Source: Octopus vulgaris
Taxonomy: Eukaryota
Direction of reading: 5' to 3'
NCBI GenBank assembly: GCA_951406725.2
Contig: OX597826.1
Span: forward strand, 13,516,001 to 13,580,000
Length of the DNA stretch: 64,000 nucleotides
Positions 37,700-51,700 of the stretch are shown here, piece after piece. The translations under genes and the position numbers were made by a program. Positions within the stretch are counted from its first letter, which is position 1, and each line of letters opens with the position of its first letter. Under the pieces are notes generated by a model. It did no database searches. It was not told the origin of the DNA and saw only the letters and a list, made by a program, of their open reading frames with translations.

Positions 37700-37908
37700 C
37701 CGCCAGTACGTTTCAACCTTTGACCCAGAGATGTGTTTCCACTCTCAGCCCTGTTTAGTGATATTGCAGCAGCAACTACTCTAAACAAAAATTGGACAAA
37801 TATCTTGTGTATCGTAGAAGTATAACCAATTTGTTGGACACAAACTCTAAACACAGTCTTGTATTATGGACCACCAAGGGCCATACAGACCCCGGTTGAG
37901 AACCACTG
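37700..37908. mobile_element. hAT-like MITE fragment (one terminus)
   Basis: Ends ggttgagaaccactg, the reverse complement of the terminus at 20902. Left end unclear. Confidence 0.45.
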
Positions 37909-37975
37909 ATCTAGACCAAGCTTATGAAATATATACCGACTCACTCGGCGCTTCAGAGTTAGTTTACAATATTTA

Positions 37976-38027
<52 letters not shown>

Positions 38028-38035
38028 AATAATAT

Positions 38036-38345
38036 TGGGGGCGTAATGGCCCAGTGGTTAGGGCAGCGGTCTCACGGTCGGAGGATCGCAGTTTCGATTC
38101 CCAGACCGGGTGTTGTGCATGTTTATTGAGCGAAGACACCTAAAGCTCCACGGGGCTCCGGCAGAGGATAGTGGTCACCGCTGTTGCACTCTTTCGCCCA
38201 AACTTTCTCTCACTCTCTCTTCCTGTTTCTTGAGTAACGCTGCGATTGACTGGCGTCTCGTCCAGCTGGGGGGGAACACATATGCCACAGAAACTGGAAA
38301 ACCGGGCCCATGAACTTAGCTAGGCTTGAAAAGGGCGCATAAATA
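38036..38345 (+). mobile_element. SINE family B, tail type 5
   Basis: Tail gagtaacgctgcgat...aaaccgggcccatga...aaaagggcgcata. Confidence 0.85.
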
Positions 38346-38359
38346 ATATATAAATAAGT

Positions 38360-38668
38360 AAAAAAAAGCAACAAAGATATCCAGAGGTAATGCAGTACGA
38401 TCGTTTCTTGCAACTCCATTTAATTGAACAATGCAATCATTACATCAATTTAAAATGCAGAGCAATCCTCAGCTGCACAAAGACATAGATTTTAGGTATA
38501 ATTATACTGATGTGTCCATTTGTTCTAATTTAGTTAAATTCTATGCCTTTGTGCAGGTGAAGATTGTTCTGCATTTTAAATTGATGTAATGATTGCATTG
38601 TTCAATTAAATGGAGTTGCATGAAACGATCGTACATCATTACCTCTGGATATCCTTTTGCTTATTTTG
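38360..38668. repeat. Inverted repeat (arms about 135 bp, spacer about 40 bp) of a hammerhead-bearing Penelope-like unit
   Basis: 38360-38495 is the reverse complement of 38535-38668 with scattered mismatches. The right-arm core has decayed to GTGAAGA. Confidence 0.8.
38391..38477 (-). ncRNA. Type I hammerhead ribozyme with long stem II
   Basis: Minus strand: tgcag-CTGAGGA-ttgc...(50-nt hairpin)...gcaa-GAAA-cgatcg-TA-ctgca. Full CUGANGA/GAAA/UH core, 5-bp stem I, palindromic stem III. Confidence 0.78.
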
Positions 38669-38752
38669 ATTTTAATCACCTTACTTTGAAATTTTATGGA
38701 TAATACCGTACTAAATTCTGGTGCATTAACTTAAGTACCATATTCATCTGAA

Positions 38753-39312
<560 letters not shown>

Positions 39313-39372
39313 AAAAGAAGGAATAATCTATATATATATATATAGATAGATAGATATATAGATATATATATT

Positions 39373-39772
39373 TAGGAGTGGCTGTGTGGTAAGTAGCTTG
39401 TTTACCAACCACATGGTTCCGGGTTCAGTCCCACTGCGTGGCACCTTGGGCAAGTGTCTTCTACTATAGCCTCGGGCCGACCAAAACCTTGTGAGTGGAT
39501 TTGGTAGACGGAAACTGAAAGAAGCCCGTCGTATATATGTATATATATATATATATATATGTATATGTATGTGTGTGTCTGTGTTTGTCCCCCTAGTATT
39601 GCTTGACAACCGATGCTGGTGTGTTTATGTCCCCGTTACTTAGCGGTTCGGCAAAAGAGACCGATAGAATAAGTACTGAGCTTACAAAAGATTAAGTCCC
39701 GGGGTCTTGTTGCTCGATTAAAGGCGGTGCTCCAGCATGGCCGCAGTCAAATGACTGAAACAAGTAAAAGAG
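39373..39772 (+). mobile_element. tRNA-derived SINE family A, near full length (reference copy)
   Basis: A box tggctgtgtgg, B box gggttcagtccc, body gcaccttgggcaagtgtctt..., internal (TA)n(TG)n, tail ggcggtgctccagcatggccgcagtcaaatgactgaaacaagtaaaagag. Confidence 0.9.
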
Positions 39773-39828
<56 letters not shown>

Positions 39829-39903
39829 AATATATATATATGTATATATGTATGTATATTTATAAATACATACATACATATATATACACATATATATATA
39901 TAC

Positions 39904-39951
<48 letters not shown>

Positions 39952-40026
39952 GAAACTCGGTTTTTTCCCAAACCTTTTCTCAAACCTGCTTTAATGTGAT
40001 ACATGCCTTTGGTGTGGTAATTGTAC

Positions 40027-40113
40027 GCGGCTGAAGAAGGCTTTTGATCTACCTGTTATATCAATTATGCATTAATATAAGTTGTTCAATAAAGCCCGAA
40101 ACATATGTACCGC
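40027..40113 (+). ncRNA. Type I hammerhead ribozyme with long stem II
   Basis: gcgg-CTGAAGA-a ggcttt...aaagcc c-GAAA-catatg-TA-ccgc. Intact core, GC-rich stem I, palindromic stem III. Confidence 0.78.
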
Positions 40114-40140
40114 AAAATCCTTTGCGTCCTGTTTTTCTTT

Positions 40141-40187
<47 letters not shown>

Positions 40188-40666
40188 CATATATATAAGT
40201 CAATAATAACTATGTGTTCTTCGCTGAAGTCGTTGCCAAATCTGAAGAGAGGAATATTTCGAATGTAGTTTTGGGAAAATTTATATTTGGTTGTTATGAG
40301 GGAGTAGCGTTGGTAAAGAACATGAAAATGTTTGATATGAGTCATTGCTATTCAAGTGTATATAATGTGTAATGTTGTAGATAAGCTTCGTTCATGTGAT
40401 GAGTCATTGCATTTCTTTTGTACAGTTTAATGATATTATGTCCTTTCTCATTGGAGTTTGTTTTCAAGGTCTCTCTCTTACTTGTATAACCACTGCTTCA
40501 TGGCATTTCGTCCGTACTTACGTTCTGAGTTCTAATTCCGCCGTGATTGACTTTGCTTTCATCTTTTTGGGGTCGATGAAATAAGTACCATTTCAACCCT
40601 AGGGTCAGTGTAATCAACTTACCTCGCCCTTCAAATTGTTGGCCTTGCGCCAAAATTTAAAACCGC

Positions 40667-40739
<73 letters not shown>

Positions 40740-40771
40740 GTTATTATTATTGTTATTATTATTATTATTAT

Positions 40772-40836
<65 letters not shown>

Positions 40837-41080
40837 TTACAACTACTACTACTATGCTGGTGAGCTGGCAAAATCTTTAGCACGTCGGACAAAAAGGTTA
40901 GTGATAGTTCTTCTGGCTGTAAACGTTCTAAGTTCAAATCCCATCGAGGTCAACTTTGTTTTTTACCCTTTCGGGGTTGATAAAATAAAGTACCCGTCGA
41001 GTACTACAGTTAATACGATCGTCTAACCCCTACTCTCACTAAAATTATATATATACATATACATATATATATATAAATAC

Positions 41081-41142
<62 letters not shown>

Positions 41143-41575
41143 GTTCGTAAAATTTTTTACTGGCATGCCTTATATTGCCGGGTATATTTTGCGTCTGCGC
41201 AGAGGTTTGAAAAGTTAAGATTTACAAATTGTTAGATCGACACATGGTCTAACGCTCTGTGCATCTAGAATTAGCAAAGGCGTCCCGCTAACGAACCTTG
41301 CCTTGGCAAACATATTCTGTCTGTTTTGCTAGAAAGAGGTAGAAACTGATCAGTCCGGGATATATCGTTAATGGTAAATGTTTTTGATTTTCACTCTCGA
41401 TGAATTTGTCCCTTTTTGTGCTCTAGCACTAGGCTTCCTTATTTGGGAGCCCTTAATTATATTTCTATATGAATGATATTTTTCTATGTGAATAATATTT
41501 TGTCTAATGACTAATTCGTCTTTTGTGCTGGGCCACTGGTAATGATAATCTATGTTATTACCCTTTTTGATTATA

Positions 41576-41616
<41 letters not shown>

Positions 41617-41995
41617 TTCCGGCTCCAGTCCCACTGCGTGGCACCTTGGGCAAGTGTCTTCTACTATAGCCTCGGGCCAACCAAAACCTTGTGTGTGGAT
41701 TTGGTAGATGGAAACTGAAAGAAGCCCGTCGTATATATGCATATGTATATATATGTATATATATATATGTGTGTAGGTGTTTGTGTGTCAATGTTTGTCC
41801 CCAAAAAAAACATCGCTTGACAACAGATTCTAGTGTGTTTACGTCGCCGTAACTTAGCGATTCGGCAAAAAGAGACCGATAGAATAAGTACTAGGCTTAC
41901 AAAGAATAAGCCCCGGGGTCGATTTGCTCGACTAAAGGCGGTGCTCCAGCATGGCCGTAGTCAAATGACTGAAACAAGTAAAAGAGTAAAGAGTA
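41617..41995 (+). mobile_element. SINE family A, 5'-truncated
   Basis: Begins at the B box, intact tail. Confidence 0.85.
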
Positions 41996-42430
41996 TATGC
42001 TATTCTCTAATTATGTCCGCTCATGGAGAAGCACGTGTCATTTTAAAAAATTTACTTGTTTATTTATTCGGGAAATCGATCTTGGGGCGTGGGTCAACAA
42101 GGATGAGACATGCCGACATTGTACTGAATTTCATAGGAAGAAAGAAAAGAAGGAAAAGAGGAAAATATTGTACATTAACGCAAAAGTTTTCTTTTAGTTG
42201 AAGAATGAAATTCTACACAAATAGTAATTGTTAGTTACTCGCAAAGGAAAGAGGTGTTAATTCTGTGAAATTAAGAAATAATCTCCAAACAATTGATTTA
42301 TTATGATTGGAGAAATGAATCTGTAATCTTTACACGCAAGGAATCTGCAATGTTTGTTTATTAGACCTCAACAGCTTAATCTTCTTTAGTCTACAAAAAA
42401 AAAAAAAAAAAAAAAATACAGCAGTAGAAG

Positions 42431-42725
42431 TGGAGGCGCAATGGCCCAGTGGTTAGGGCAGCGGACTCGCGGTCGGAAGATGGCGGTTTCAATTCCCAGA
42501 CCGGGCGTTGTGTGTGTTTATTGAGCGAAAACATCTAAAGCTCTTGAGGCTCCGGCAGGGGGTGGTGGCGACCCCTGTTGTACTCTTTCTCTCACACTTT
42601 CTTCCTCTTATGCACATTCATCCGTCGCTGCTTTCTTTTCTGCGGGTCTTACGAATAGCAAAAGGAACACGTTTCGGACTTCACCCACTCTGGGACGAAG
42701 ACCGCTTCGCTCAACAAACAAACAG
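42431..42725 (+). mobile_element. SINE family B, tail type 3, internally deleted
   Basis: Same head and tail as 22213-22598. Confidence 0.85.
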
Positions 42726-43352
42726 CAGCAGACACTGGGTTCTTATTCTCAGATCTGTGACCTTCATATATTACAGCGATTCCAAATGAATTAATATCCC
42801 AATCATATACCATTCCAAGCATCGTGCCATCCTCTGTTCTCTGTAATAGAAACAATCTTAAAACAGTGGGTCCACACCGTGTTCAATTATGCGCAAATAT
42901 AAATAATTTGCTTATTTATTTCCTATCGTATTTATTTATGTATTTGCTTGTTTGTATATTTATTTAGGGGAGATAAGTGATAGAAGCAAACTTTCTGAAT
43001 TTATACCAATCCCTTACAATTACTTTGACCCCCGAGAGTAAACATTAGAGTGCGCCGTGTCACAATAACCTGACATTTGTACAAGTGTTTTAGTCTGTGT
43101 TTGTGTGTGGATTCGTTAGTTTAAGCTCATGTATTTGTGAGTGTGCGTGTGTGTGTGTGTGTGCGTGCATTGCGAGCATATGCTCACGTGCATGTGTTTA
43201 AATGTCAGTCTATGTATGTGTATGTGTAATGAAAATGTTGCGTTCATGTGTGAACATGGAATCTTTTGCATGTGGTTAAAACGTATCTTATCTATGTGAA
43301 TTTCCAGGCGCGCCTGGCTATGTTAATTTCTTTGCGTAGATAAGTATGAACA

Positions 43353-43497
<145 letters not shown>

Positions 43498-43990
43498 ACA
43501 CACACATTTATATTTATATATCAGTGGGGTTGTTTGTAATATACAGATGCATGCTTTTCGATGAATATATATCTATATATTTCTTGAGTTTATGCACACA
43601 TCTGTGCAGGTACATATTATCGTGTATACTTAGATATGCATTTATGTGTGAAACTATTGCACTTGATTATAGAGCTTACATAAATGTATACATAAATGTA
43701 TGCGCGTGCATGTGCTTGTGCGTATGTGTGTGCGCGCGGCTCTGTCTATGGGTGTACGTGCATAAGAATTACATACGCCCGAGCGTTCGCACACGGACAT
43801 ACACGCAGACAGACACTTATATAATGCTTATCTTTAGTTGTTCATATGACTAAATGCTTAAAGAAAAAGCATCGTTACAAGCACCCTAATACACACGCAC
43901 GCATATGCACAAATAACTGCGCAAATTGTTTGTATAAATTTCTGTTTGTGCGTATGTGCATGCATGCGCGTGTGCGTATATGTATGTATG

Positions 43991-44026
<36 letters not shown>

Positions 44027-44105
44027 TAGATATACATATATATATATACATATATATGTACACATATATACATATATACATATATATATATATATACATA
44101 TATAC

Positions 44106-44192
<87 letters not shown>

Positions 44193-44261
44193 GTCCATTT
44201 ATGTATACATATATATGGACTCACGTATATGTATATGTGTATGAATGTATATATGTATATT

Positions 44262-44301
<40 letters not shown>

Positions 44302-44372
44302 TATATATATGCATATATATATACATATAAATATACACACATATATGTAGATACATATACATACGCATATAC

Positions 44373-44421
<49 letters not shown>

Positions 44422-44989
44422 TGTGATTGTGTGTAGGCAATGCGTGTTTGCATGAATATATATCTGTACGATATCGGTTTACATCAAGGTTTTATGCTGC
44501 GCTGAACTATTTTATTTCAATTCAACATAAACGAAAACCTTCGTCTGCGTGCCTTTGTTTCTCTACTCCTTTCCTTCCTTCGGTACCCCTCTCTTCAAAT
44601 TCTCCTTTTTTTTTTCACTGCTTTGCATCTCGCGCCATTATCTTTATTCAAACTCACAAAGACTTTTCTCTTTGTTTTTTTATCTGACTGTCGGCTTCAC
44701 TGTCTCATCGTTTTTTATTTAAACATAATGGTTTCAAAATTTAGCACAAGGCCAGCAACCTGGCTCAACTGGCACTTGTGTTGTCGATCTCGATGAAAGG
44801 TGAAGCCGACCTCGTAAAGACGAACGAAACGCCATTAAGTATTTTGCCTGGCATGCAAACCATTCTGCCAGCTCACTGCTTTATTTAAACCAAAATAATA
44901 GCCTCTGTGTCAGCAGATGTGTAATCAAAGACATTCTAGCCACGACTGTCCCATCAATTGTTTTATGTTCAGACAAAGGGTATAACTTA

Positions 44990-45152
44990 CAGGCGCGGGT
45001 GAAGCTGTGTAGAAAGAAGTTTGCTTCCCAAATCACATGGTTCCGGGTTCAGTCCCACTACGTAGCACTTTGTGGAAATGTCTTCCACTACAGTACTAGG
45101 TTGATCAAAGCTTTGTGAGTGAATTTGGTAGACGCAAACTAAAAGAAATCTG

Positions 45153-45202
<50 letters not shown>

Positions 45203-45377
45203 GCATTTATATAATCAAAGTTAGCAACAAGTATATCTTCGGTAATTTGGTACGATCGTTTCATGCTACTTCATTTTATTAAACATTGTAAGTATTACAT
45301 CAGTTTTAAAATGTTGAGCAATCTTCAGCCATTTATAGAAATCTTCCATCAAACGGACAATACATATACTTATTTCC

Positions 45378-45412
<35 letters not shown>

Positions 45413-45632
45413 TATATATGTGTGTTTGTATTCTGATTGTCCCCCACCACCGTTTTATAACCAGTGTTGGTTTGCTAACATCCCCGTAAAATATAAAACA
45501 GCAGTCCGATAAAATAAGCACCGGTACTTAAAAGAATAAGTACTTAGGTCAATTCGTCAGACTAAAATTCTTCAAAACGGTGCCCCAGCATGGACGCACT
45601 CTAGTGACTGAAACAAGAGATAAAAGATAAAA
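44990..45632 (+). mobile_element. SINE family A split by a hammerhead-bearing insertion
   Basis: Head 44990-45155, insertion about 45205-45380, tail 45420-45632. Confidence 0.75.
45248..45331 (-). ncRNA. Type I hammerhead ribozyme, diverged paralogue of 38391-38477
   Basis: Minus strand: tgg-CTGAAGA-ttgc...gcat-GAAA-cgatcg-TA-cca. Confidence 0.68.
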
Positions 45633-46520
45633 AATAAGGTTGCCAAGACTACATTATCCAATACCAACTTCGTTTGTAAATGAAATATTTGGCGATAGAT
45701 TTTTTTAAAATTTGAAGAAGTACCAAGAATTTTCCTTGTCTCTCGGAATAAGTGAGCAAATGTTAAAGAAACATAAAACATCCAATAATGAAATTTGCCT
45801 GAAGAAATATCTCCAGTATTCAAGACAATCCTAAAAGCACAACGTGGTAACATTTGGGTATTTCTTCAACTTGAAATGAACTAAGACAAGCCTCTGTTTT
45901 TATTTTTAGTGTCAATGGATTGAGCTACGATACAGTCTTCATTGTCATTCATTTATTCGTTTATTTGTAGCTGCCATTGATCTATGGCCATACTGGAGCA
46001 ACCAACTTAAACGCTTTTGGTTGATTTTATTACTGATATAGCTTATTTTTAAACCTTGGACTTATCGTTCGCATATCAAACTACTATGCCGTTGCTCATA
46101 AAAAAAGACACACACATAGACGTTTTTTTTGTTTTTTTTATGCCAAGTTATAATAACAACGATTCGAGATTAAACTGAAGTATTACTCAGAACTCTTTGT
46201 AGAGTACATATTTTTCTTTAACAAGAGTAACATCGAAAAAAGAGTAACTTAGAAAAAATCACTGATTACCTTCCCCTGTCTGGAACTTTCATACTTCACT
46301 TCATAGCGAAGAGATGACACAATATCGGCAAAGAAATTTGAGAAATTTGAAAAGAAAATACGAAACCGGTTATTTCTCCAAAAACAATGTTACTTTATAC
46401 AAAATTTTATAACATTTTCTTAACATAACGATTTAAATATATTCTTTAACCATATAACACAAGTTTTCTGTAGTATTTTCAATCTAATTTATCTTTTATA
46501 TATATATATGTATATATATA

Positions 46521-46765
46521 TGCGCCCTTTTAAAGCCTAGCCAGGCTCATGGGCCCGGTTTCCCGGTTTCAATGACGTATGTATTCTCCAGCCGGACGGG
46601 ACGCCAGTCCATCGCAGCGTTACTCATTTTTGCCAGCTGAGTGGACTGGAGCAACGTAAAAGGAAGTGTTTTCCTCAAGAACACAACGCGTCGCCCGGTC
46701 CAGGAATCGAAACCACAATCTTACGATCAGGATGCTGACACCCTAACCACTAAGCCACGCGCCTC

Positions 46766-46767
<2 letters not shown>
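46521..46767 (-). mobile_element. Related SINE with CORE-like middle and tail type 5
   Basis: Middle tgtgttcttgaggaaaacact...cagtccactcagctggcaaaaatgagta resembles the CORE-SINE domain. Tail shared with 38036. Confidence 0.78.
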
Positions 46768-46801
<34 letters not shown>

Positions 46802-47439
46802 CATACATGCATACATACATACATACATACATACATACACACATCCCTTCAACTTTTCCTTATTCAGCGAGTCTAATCTCAACTTGAATGCAATTATCTG
46901 AAGTAACTCCCTCCGTTTACGTTTGTTCCTTACAAATCCAGACCCTAGATCTTCAAACTGAACACCACTAAACCCACTCTCGTTTGTTAAGAGAACTGAG
47001 GACTATGAAGATCGAGGGGTTTGTCCTTCTCTTCCAATTATGCTATTTAAATATGTCTCTGTCCTTGCGTTTTGGTTTCATATCGAAAGCTAATCCTTTT
47101 CTCCTCCAAATCTCTTCAAATCTCTCCTCCATATCAATGCTCTTTTGTTTCCTCCACTCTCACGTTTAGTCATCTCTCAGTTTTTCACTTGAATCTCCCG
47201 TCTCTCTCTTTCTTTTTCCTCTCTCCCCTCTCTCTCTTTTTTCCTCTCTTCCTCCCTCTTTCTCTCTCTCTCCTCTTCTACTTACTTCTGTCTTCTCGTT
47301 TCTTTTACCGCTGTCTCATCTCTTCTTAGCAAGGTATGGGCAAAACGTTAAGTCTTATCAACAACAACCAGACACTCTGAAGATGTTCTTAGCTTGAAGG
47401 TAGGATGGAAGAAGGAGGTAGGGTAGAAATGATGATAGT

Positions 47440-47775
47440 GGAAGAAGAAGAAGAAGAAGAAGAAGAAGAAGAAGAAGAAGAAGAAACTGATGGTGAAGAA
47501 ACTGATGATGAAGAAGAAGAAACTAATGATGATGATGAAGAAGAAGAAGAAGAAGAAGAAGAAGAAGAAAAAGAAGAAGAAGAAGAAGAAGAAAAAGAAG
47601 AAGAAGAAGAAGAAGAAACTGAAGAAGAAGAAGGAGAAACTGAAGAAGAAGAAGAGGAAACTGAAGAAGAAGAAGAAGAAGAAGAAGAAACTGAAGAAGA
47701 AGAAGAAGAAGAAGAAGAAGAAGAAGAAGAAGAAGAAGAAGAAGAAGAAGAAGAAGAAGAAGAAGAAGAAACTGA
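47440..47775. repeat. (GAA)n microsatellite with gaaact interruptions
   Basis: Directly visible. Confidence 0.95.
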
Positions 47776-48211
47776 TTACGACGATTATATTAATACCATC
47801 ATCATGATGGTATTAATATAATCGTGATGGTAGTACTAATTACAAATTCAGAAATTGCAAAAGAAAGAAAACGTAGGTTTGCAAATTTGAGAGTGATATA
47901 CCTTTGAGAGAATCTAATAATTTTACATTGCTACACGACCAGACAATTGGAGTAGAGATTGAGTTTATTAAATCGACCCATTATTTCAAAGAGTTATAGA
48001 CTGTGTGAGAGAGAGAGAGAGAGAGAGACAGAGAGAGAGAGACAGAGAGGAGGAGGAGGAGGAGGAGGAGGAGGAGAAAGAAGTGGAGGAGAATGATTAT
48101 TGTTGGTTAGCAAAGAGAGGACGGCTACCGCTGACCGAGAAGACTTATAATCAAAGATATTCTAGACAGTTCCATTGCTCCTTTATTTCAGATGTAGTAA
48201 ATGTAAGACTA

Positions 48212-48514
48212 GTGGAGGCACATGGCCTAGTGGTTAAAGCAGCGCACTCGCGGTCGAGGGATCGCGGGTTCGAATCTCAGACCGGACGATGTGTGTGTTT
48301 ATGAGCGAAACACCTAAGCTCCACGTGGCTCCGGCAGAAGGTAATGGCAAACTGCTGCTGACTCTTTCGCCACAACCTTCTCTCACTCTTTCCTCCTGCA
48401 TCTTGCAGCTCACCTGCGATGGACCGGCGTCCCGTCCAGGTGGGGAACCTATACGCCAAGGAAACTGGGAAACTGGCCCCTTATGAGCCAGACGTGGCTC
48501 GAGAAGGAACAAAC
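48212..48514 (+). mobile_element. SINE family B, tail type 2, with TSD
   Basis: 13-bp TSD aaatgtaagacta at 48199-48211 and 48515-48527. Confidence 0.92.
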
Positions 48515-48762
48515 AAATGTAAGACTACATTATCCGAGGTAATATTTTCTTTTGAAAATAGTAGGTTGTAGTGATTTGTGAGAGATTCGGCAGCTGATTC
48601 TTGTGGAATGCATGATTATGAAGGAGTTACTTCAATAACGACGAACTTATAAAGGAAGGAATGGTTACCACGGAGATGAGAGTACAATTAACACTCATGT
48701 CGTGACCGTACACTTAGTTACGACTTGGTATTGTAGTAAAATATCTAAGGTGCTTCCCTTTT

Positions 48763-48990
48763 CTCTTTTATCTTTCACTTGTTTCAGTCAATAGACTGCG
48801 GCCATGCTGGGGCACCGCCTTGAAAAATTTTTAGACGAACGAATCTACACCAATATTTGCTTTTTGAAAACCTGGTACTTATTATATCGAAAACTTTTGC
48901 CGAACCGCTAAGTTACGGGGACGTAAACACACCAACGCTGGTTGTCCAGTGGTGGTGGCGGGACAAACACACACACCCACACGCGCACAC
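48763..48990 (-). mobile_element. SINE family A, 3' half
   Basis: Tail ggcggtgccccagcatggccgcagtctattgactgaaacaag on the minus strand. Confidence 0.8.
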
Positions 48991-49494
48991 ACACATACAT
49001 AGATATATAGAGTATGGTATAATTGATCGGTGATTTGGCTGTATTTTCAAGCAATTCTTATTATCCGTTAGAGTCTTCATTTTTGGATGATCTTAAGAGT
49101 CTTCTGGGATATAGAGAATAAAGAAAAGACAATCGAAGATATGAAACGGGAGAAGAAATAGAGAGGTAGAAAAAACCTATCGTGGATAGCGAAATTGGGT
49201 CACTTGGCAATTCACGTAAAAAACATTGATTTCAAATTTTGGCACAAAGCCAGCAAGTTCGGAGGAGGGGTTAAATCGATTACATTAACCCCAGCACTCA
49301 ACTGGTATTTAATTTATCAACCCCAAAAGGACGAAAGGCAAAGTGACCTCAGCGGAATTCAAACTCAGAACGTAAATCGTGAAATACCCCTAAGCGTACT
49401 GACGATTGTACCACATAAAAAAAAATATTAGCAAAAAATCAAATATCACAAATATCCTTCGACCACTAACAGAGAAAGACTAGTAAAAACTCAT

Positions 49495-49760
49495 TCGCAG
49501 ACATCCTCCATCTTCTGGCTCAAAGTCGTGCTCTCTCCTTTCTAATGAGACTGTAATGGCCTCTATTCCTCAGTGTTGGCAGGCCTTGCATCTCCAATAG
49601 TTAGACACCCTTTCCCCTCCTTTCATCATCCGTGCTGCTTCCACGTCCCAGATCCTGCACTGAACCCTACGCTTAGTCTGTTCACCTCAGAACTTCGGTA
49701 CTCGGGGAATTTATTTCAGACGCCTTTCTTTCCTGCATCAAACATTCCGGTCTAAGAGAA
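49495..49760 (+). mobile_element. Highly decayed LINE ORF2 3' fragment (CR1/L2/Jockey-like)
   Basis: Broken remnants resembling the NG.CS.EL ... SF.PRT..LWN.L C-terminal region. No intact frame. Confidence 0.35.
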
Positions 49761-50265
49761 CCTACAAAGACCGTGGACAGCACACAACTTTCTTCCAGAC
49801 GAGCAAGTAAATAATTTTTAAAAAATTGCGGAAGACTATTTTCGTTGATATGTGTATTCAACAATTCTAAGTTACAAACAGAGACAAACAAAACTTCACC
49901 TACCACTTATAATACAGAAACGTGTTTTCCACATTTCGGTGCGTTTTGGCTTTTTAAAAAGTGACGGGCCCCCTGGTAAATATCAAGGCTGACACTTTCT
50001 CTAGTCGAAGCTAAGGAAAAAGAGAGAGAGAAAGAGAAGTGGTTGTTAATATAGCGTAACTTCGTTTTTTTGTTGCCTTATCAAATTTGTTTATCTGATA
50101 TAACCTAGGTGTATATATCAACACACGTGTGTATAAATGTGTTCGTTCAACATTAAGCTGATACGCAGCCACATATACACACATACTTATGCATATGTAT
50201 GAATGTATGCATCTATGTAAAGACGTACGTACAAATGCATACGCGTATATATGAATTTATGCATG

Positions 50266-50332
<67 letters not shown>

Positions 50333-51277
50333 TTGGTGTATGGTTGTCTGTATATAAGTTAATGTTTACAGTATGGTGTTATGCATGTGTATGTATGTGT
50401 TTGTAACTGTGCTGTGTGTGTGTTTTGTGTGTGTGTGCGTGTGTGTGTGTGCATGTATGTGTAGTGTATATGTTCTCTGTTTGTAAGATGATGTGCAACG
50501 TCTAGTATATCGGTGATAGTTGGTTGGGAAGGTGTACTGCTACTTTACACCTGCTTACAATCCTCCTGCTTACAGCACATTGCCACTAGCTAGCGCATTT
50601 GGTAAACTAGAAAGTAGCCGAATACGCAAGCCCTCTCTCTCCATTATGCAGCCTCCCTGATTAAGACTCTACTGAGAAGTCCCTGTGTCCATACGTGGTA
50701 AGTGGGTACTTTGCGTCTTCGGAGATAGAGTTAACTTGGTAGACGATCTTGGAACAGCAGCAAGATCCATCCTTATTGGCGGATAAGCTCAGATACTTAT
50801 CAAACACTTCTCTGCTGTCTTGTGGATAAAAAAGTAGAAATATAAAAGCTAAATGGGTTGACCATAATATGATAAAAGAAAAGCTGTGAATCAGCTTCGA
50901 GATATCTTCTCAGATGTCTCTGCAATTGGAGGCAGGTACCAATCATTTTGGGTCATCCTTACCATCTTCTCAGCAAATTTAATGACGCTGGGAAATATGC
51001 ACTCTTAGCGCACCTTTGTAGTCTTCTTTAAAATGCTTTATAGTATATATTACTTTGTAGTGTGCATGTGTCTCCTCTGGTAGTGTGGGTCTAGGGTTTC
51101 CTAAGTTTAGAGGTAATGCAAAGCCTGGCGATGGGTGCAGCTCTAAAGGAACTGAAAACTAATCATGAACCTACAGTTCAGCAGCACCGGCCAATGCCCA
51201 TTCGAAGCAAGAAAGCAACCATAAAATTTCGTCTTTATTATTTTCTTTGGTGATTGTGATAGTAATGCTTCTGGTAT

Positions 51278-51700
51278 ACTCTTTACTCTTTTCACTCTTT
51301 TACTTGTTTCAGTCATTTGACTGCGGCCATGCTGGAGCACCGCCTTTAATCGAGCAACTCGACCCCGGGACTTATTCTTTTTGTAAGCCCAGTACTTATT
51401 CTATCGGTCTCTTTTGCCGAACCGCTAAGTAACGGGGACATAAACACACCAGCATAGGTTGTCAAGCGATGTTTGGTGGGGGGACAAACACAGACACACA
51501 CACACCCACACGCATATACATATATATACATATATACGACGGGCTTCTTTCAGTTTCCGTCCGCCAAATCCACTCACAAGGCTTTGGTCGGCCCGAGGCT
51601 ATAGCAGAAGACACTTGCCCAAGGTGCCACGCAGTGGGACTGAACCCGGAACCATGTGGTTGGTAAACAAGCTACTTACCACACAGCCACTCCTGCGCCT
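51278..51700 (-). mobile_element. SINE family A, full length
   Basis: Close reverse-complement match to 39373-39772. Confidence 0.9.

Noticed and set aside
41175-41265. Possible further hammerheads here, at 60345-60385 and at 28735-28762
   Set aside because: Several core positions are broken or stem II is absent, so they cannot be told from chance without a family consensus.
42431-42505. tRNA-like sequences at SINE heads
   Set aside because: A/B boxes are present but the cloverleaf is incomplete and continues into SINE body, so they are not tRNA genes.
47405-47821. Poly-Glu 138-aa ORF
   Set aside because: (GAA)n microsatellite with no supporting splice or domain evidence.
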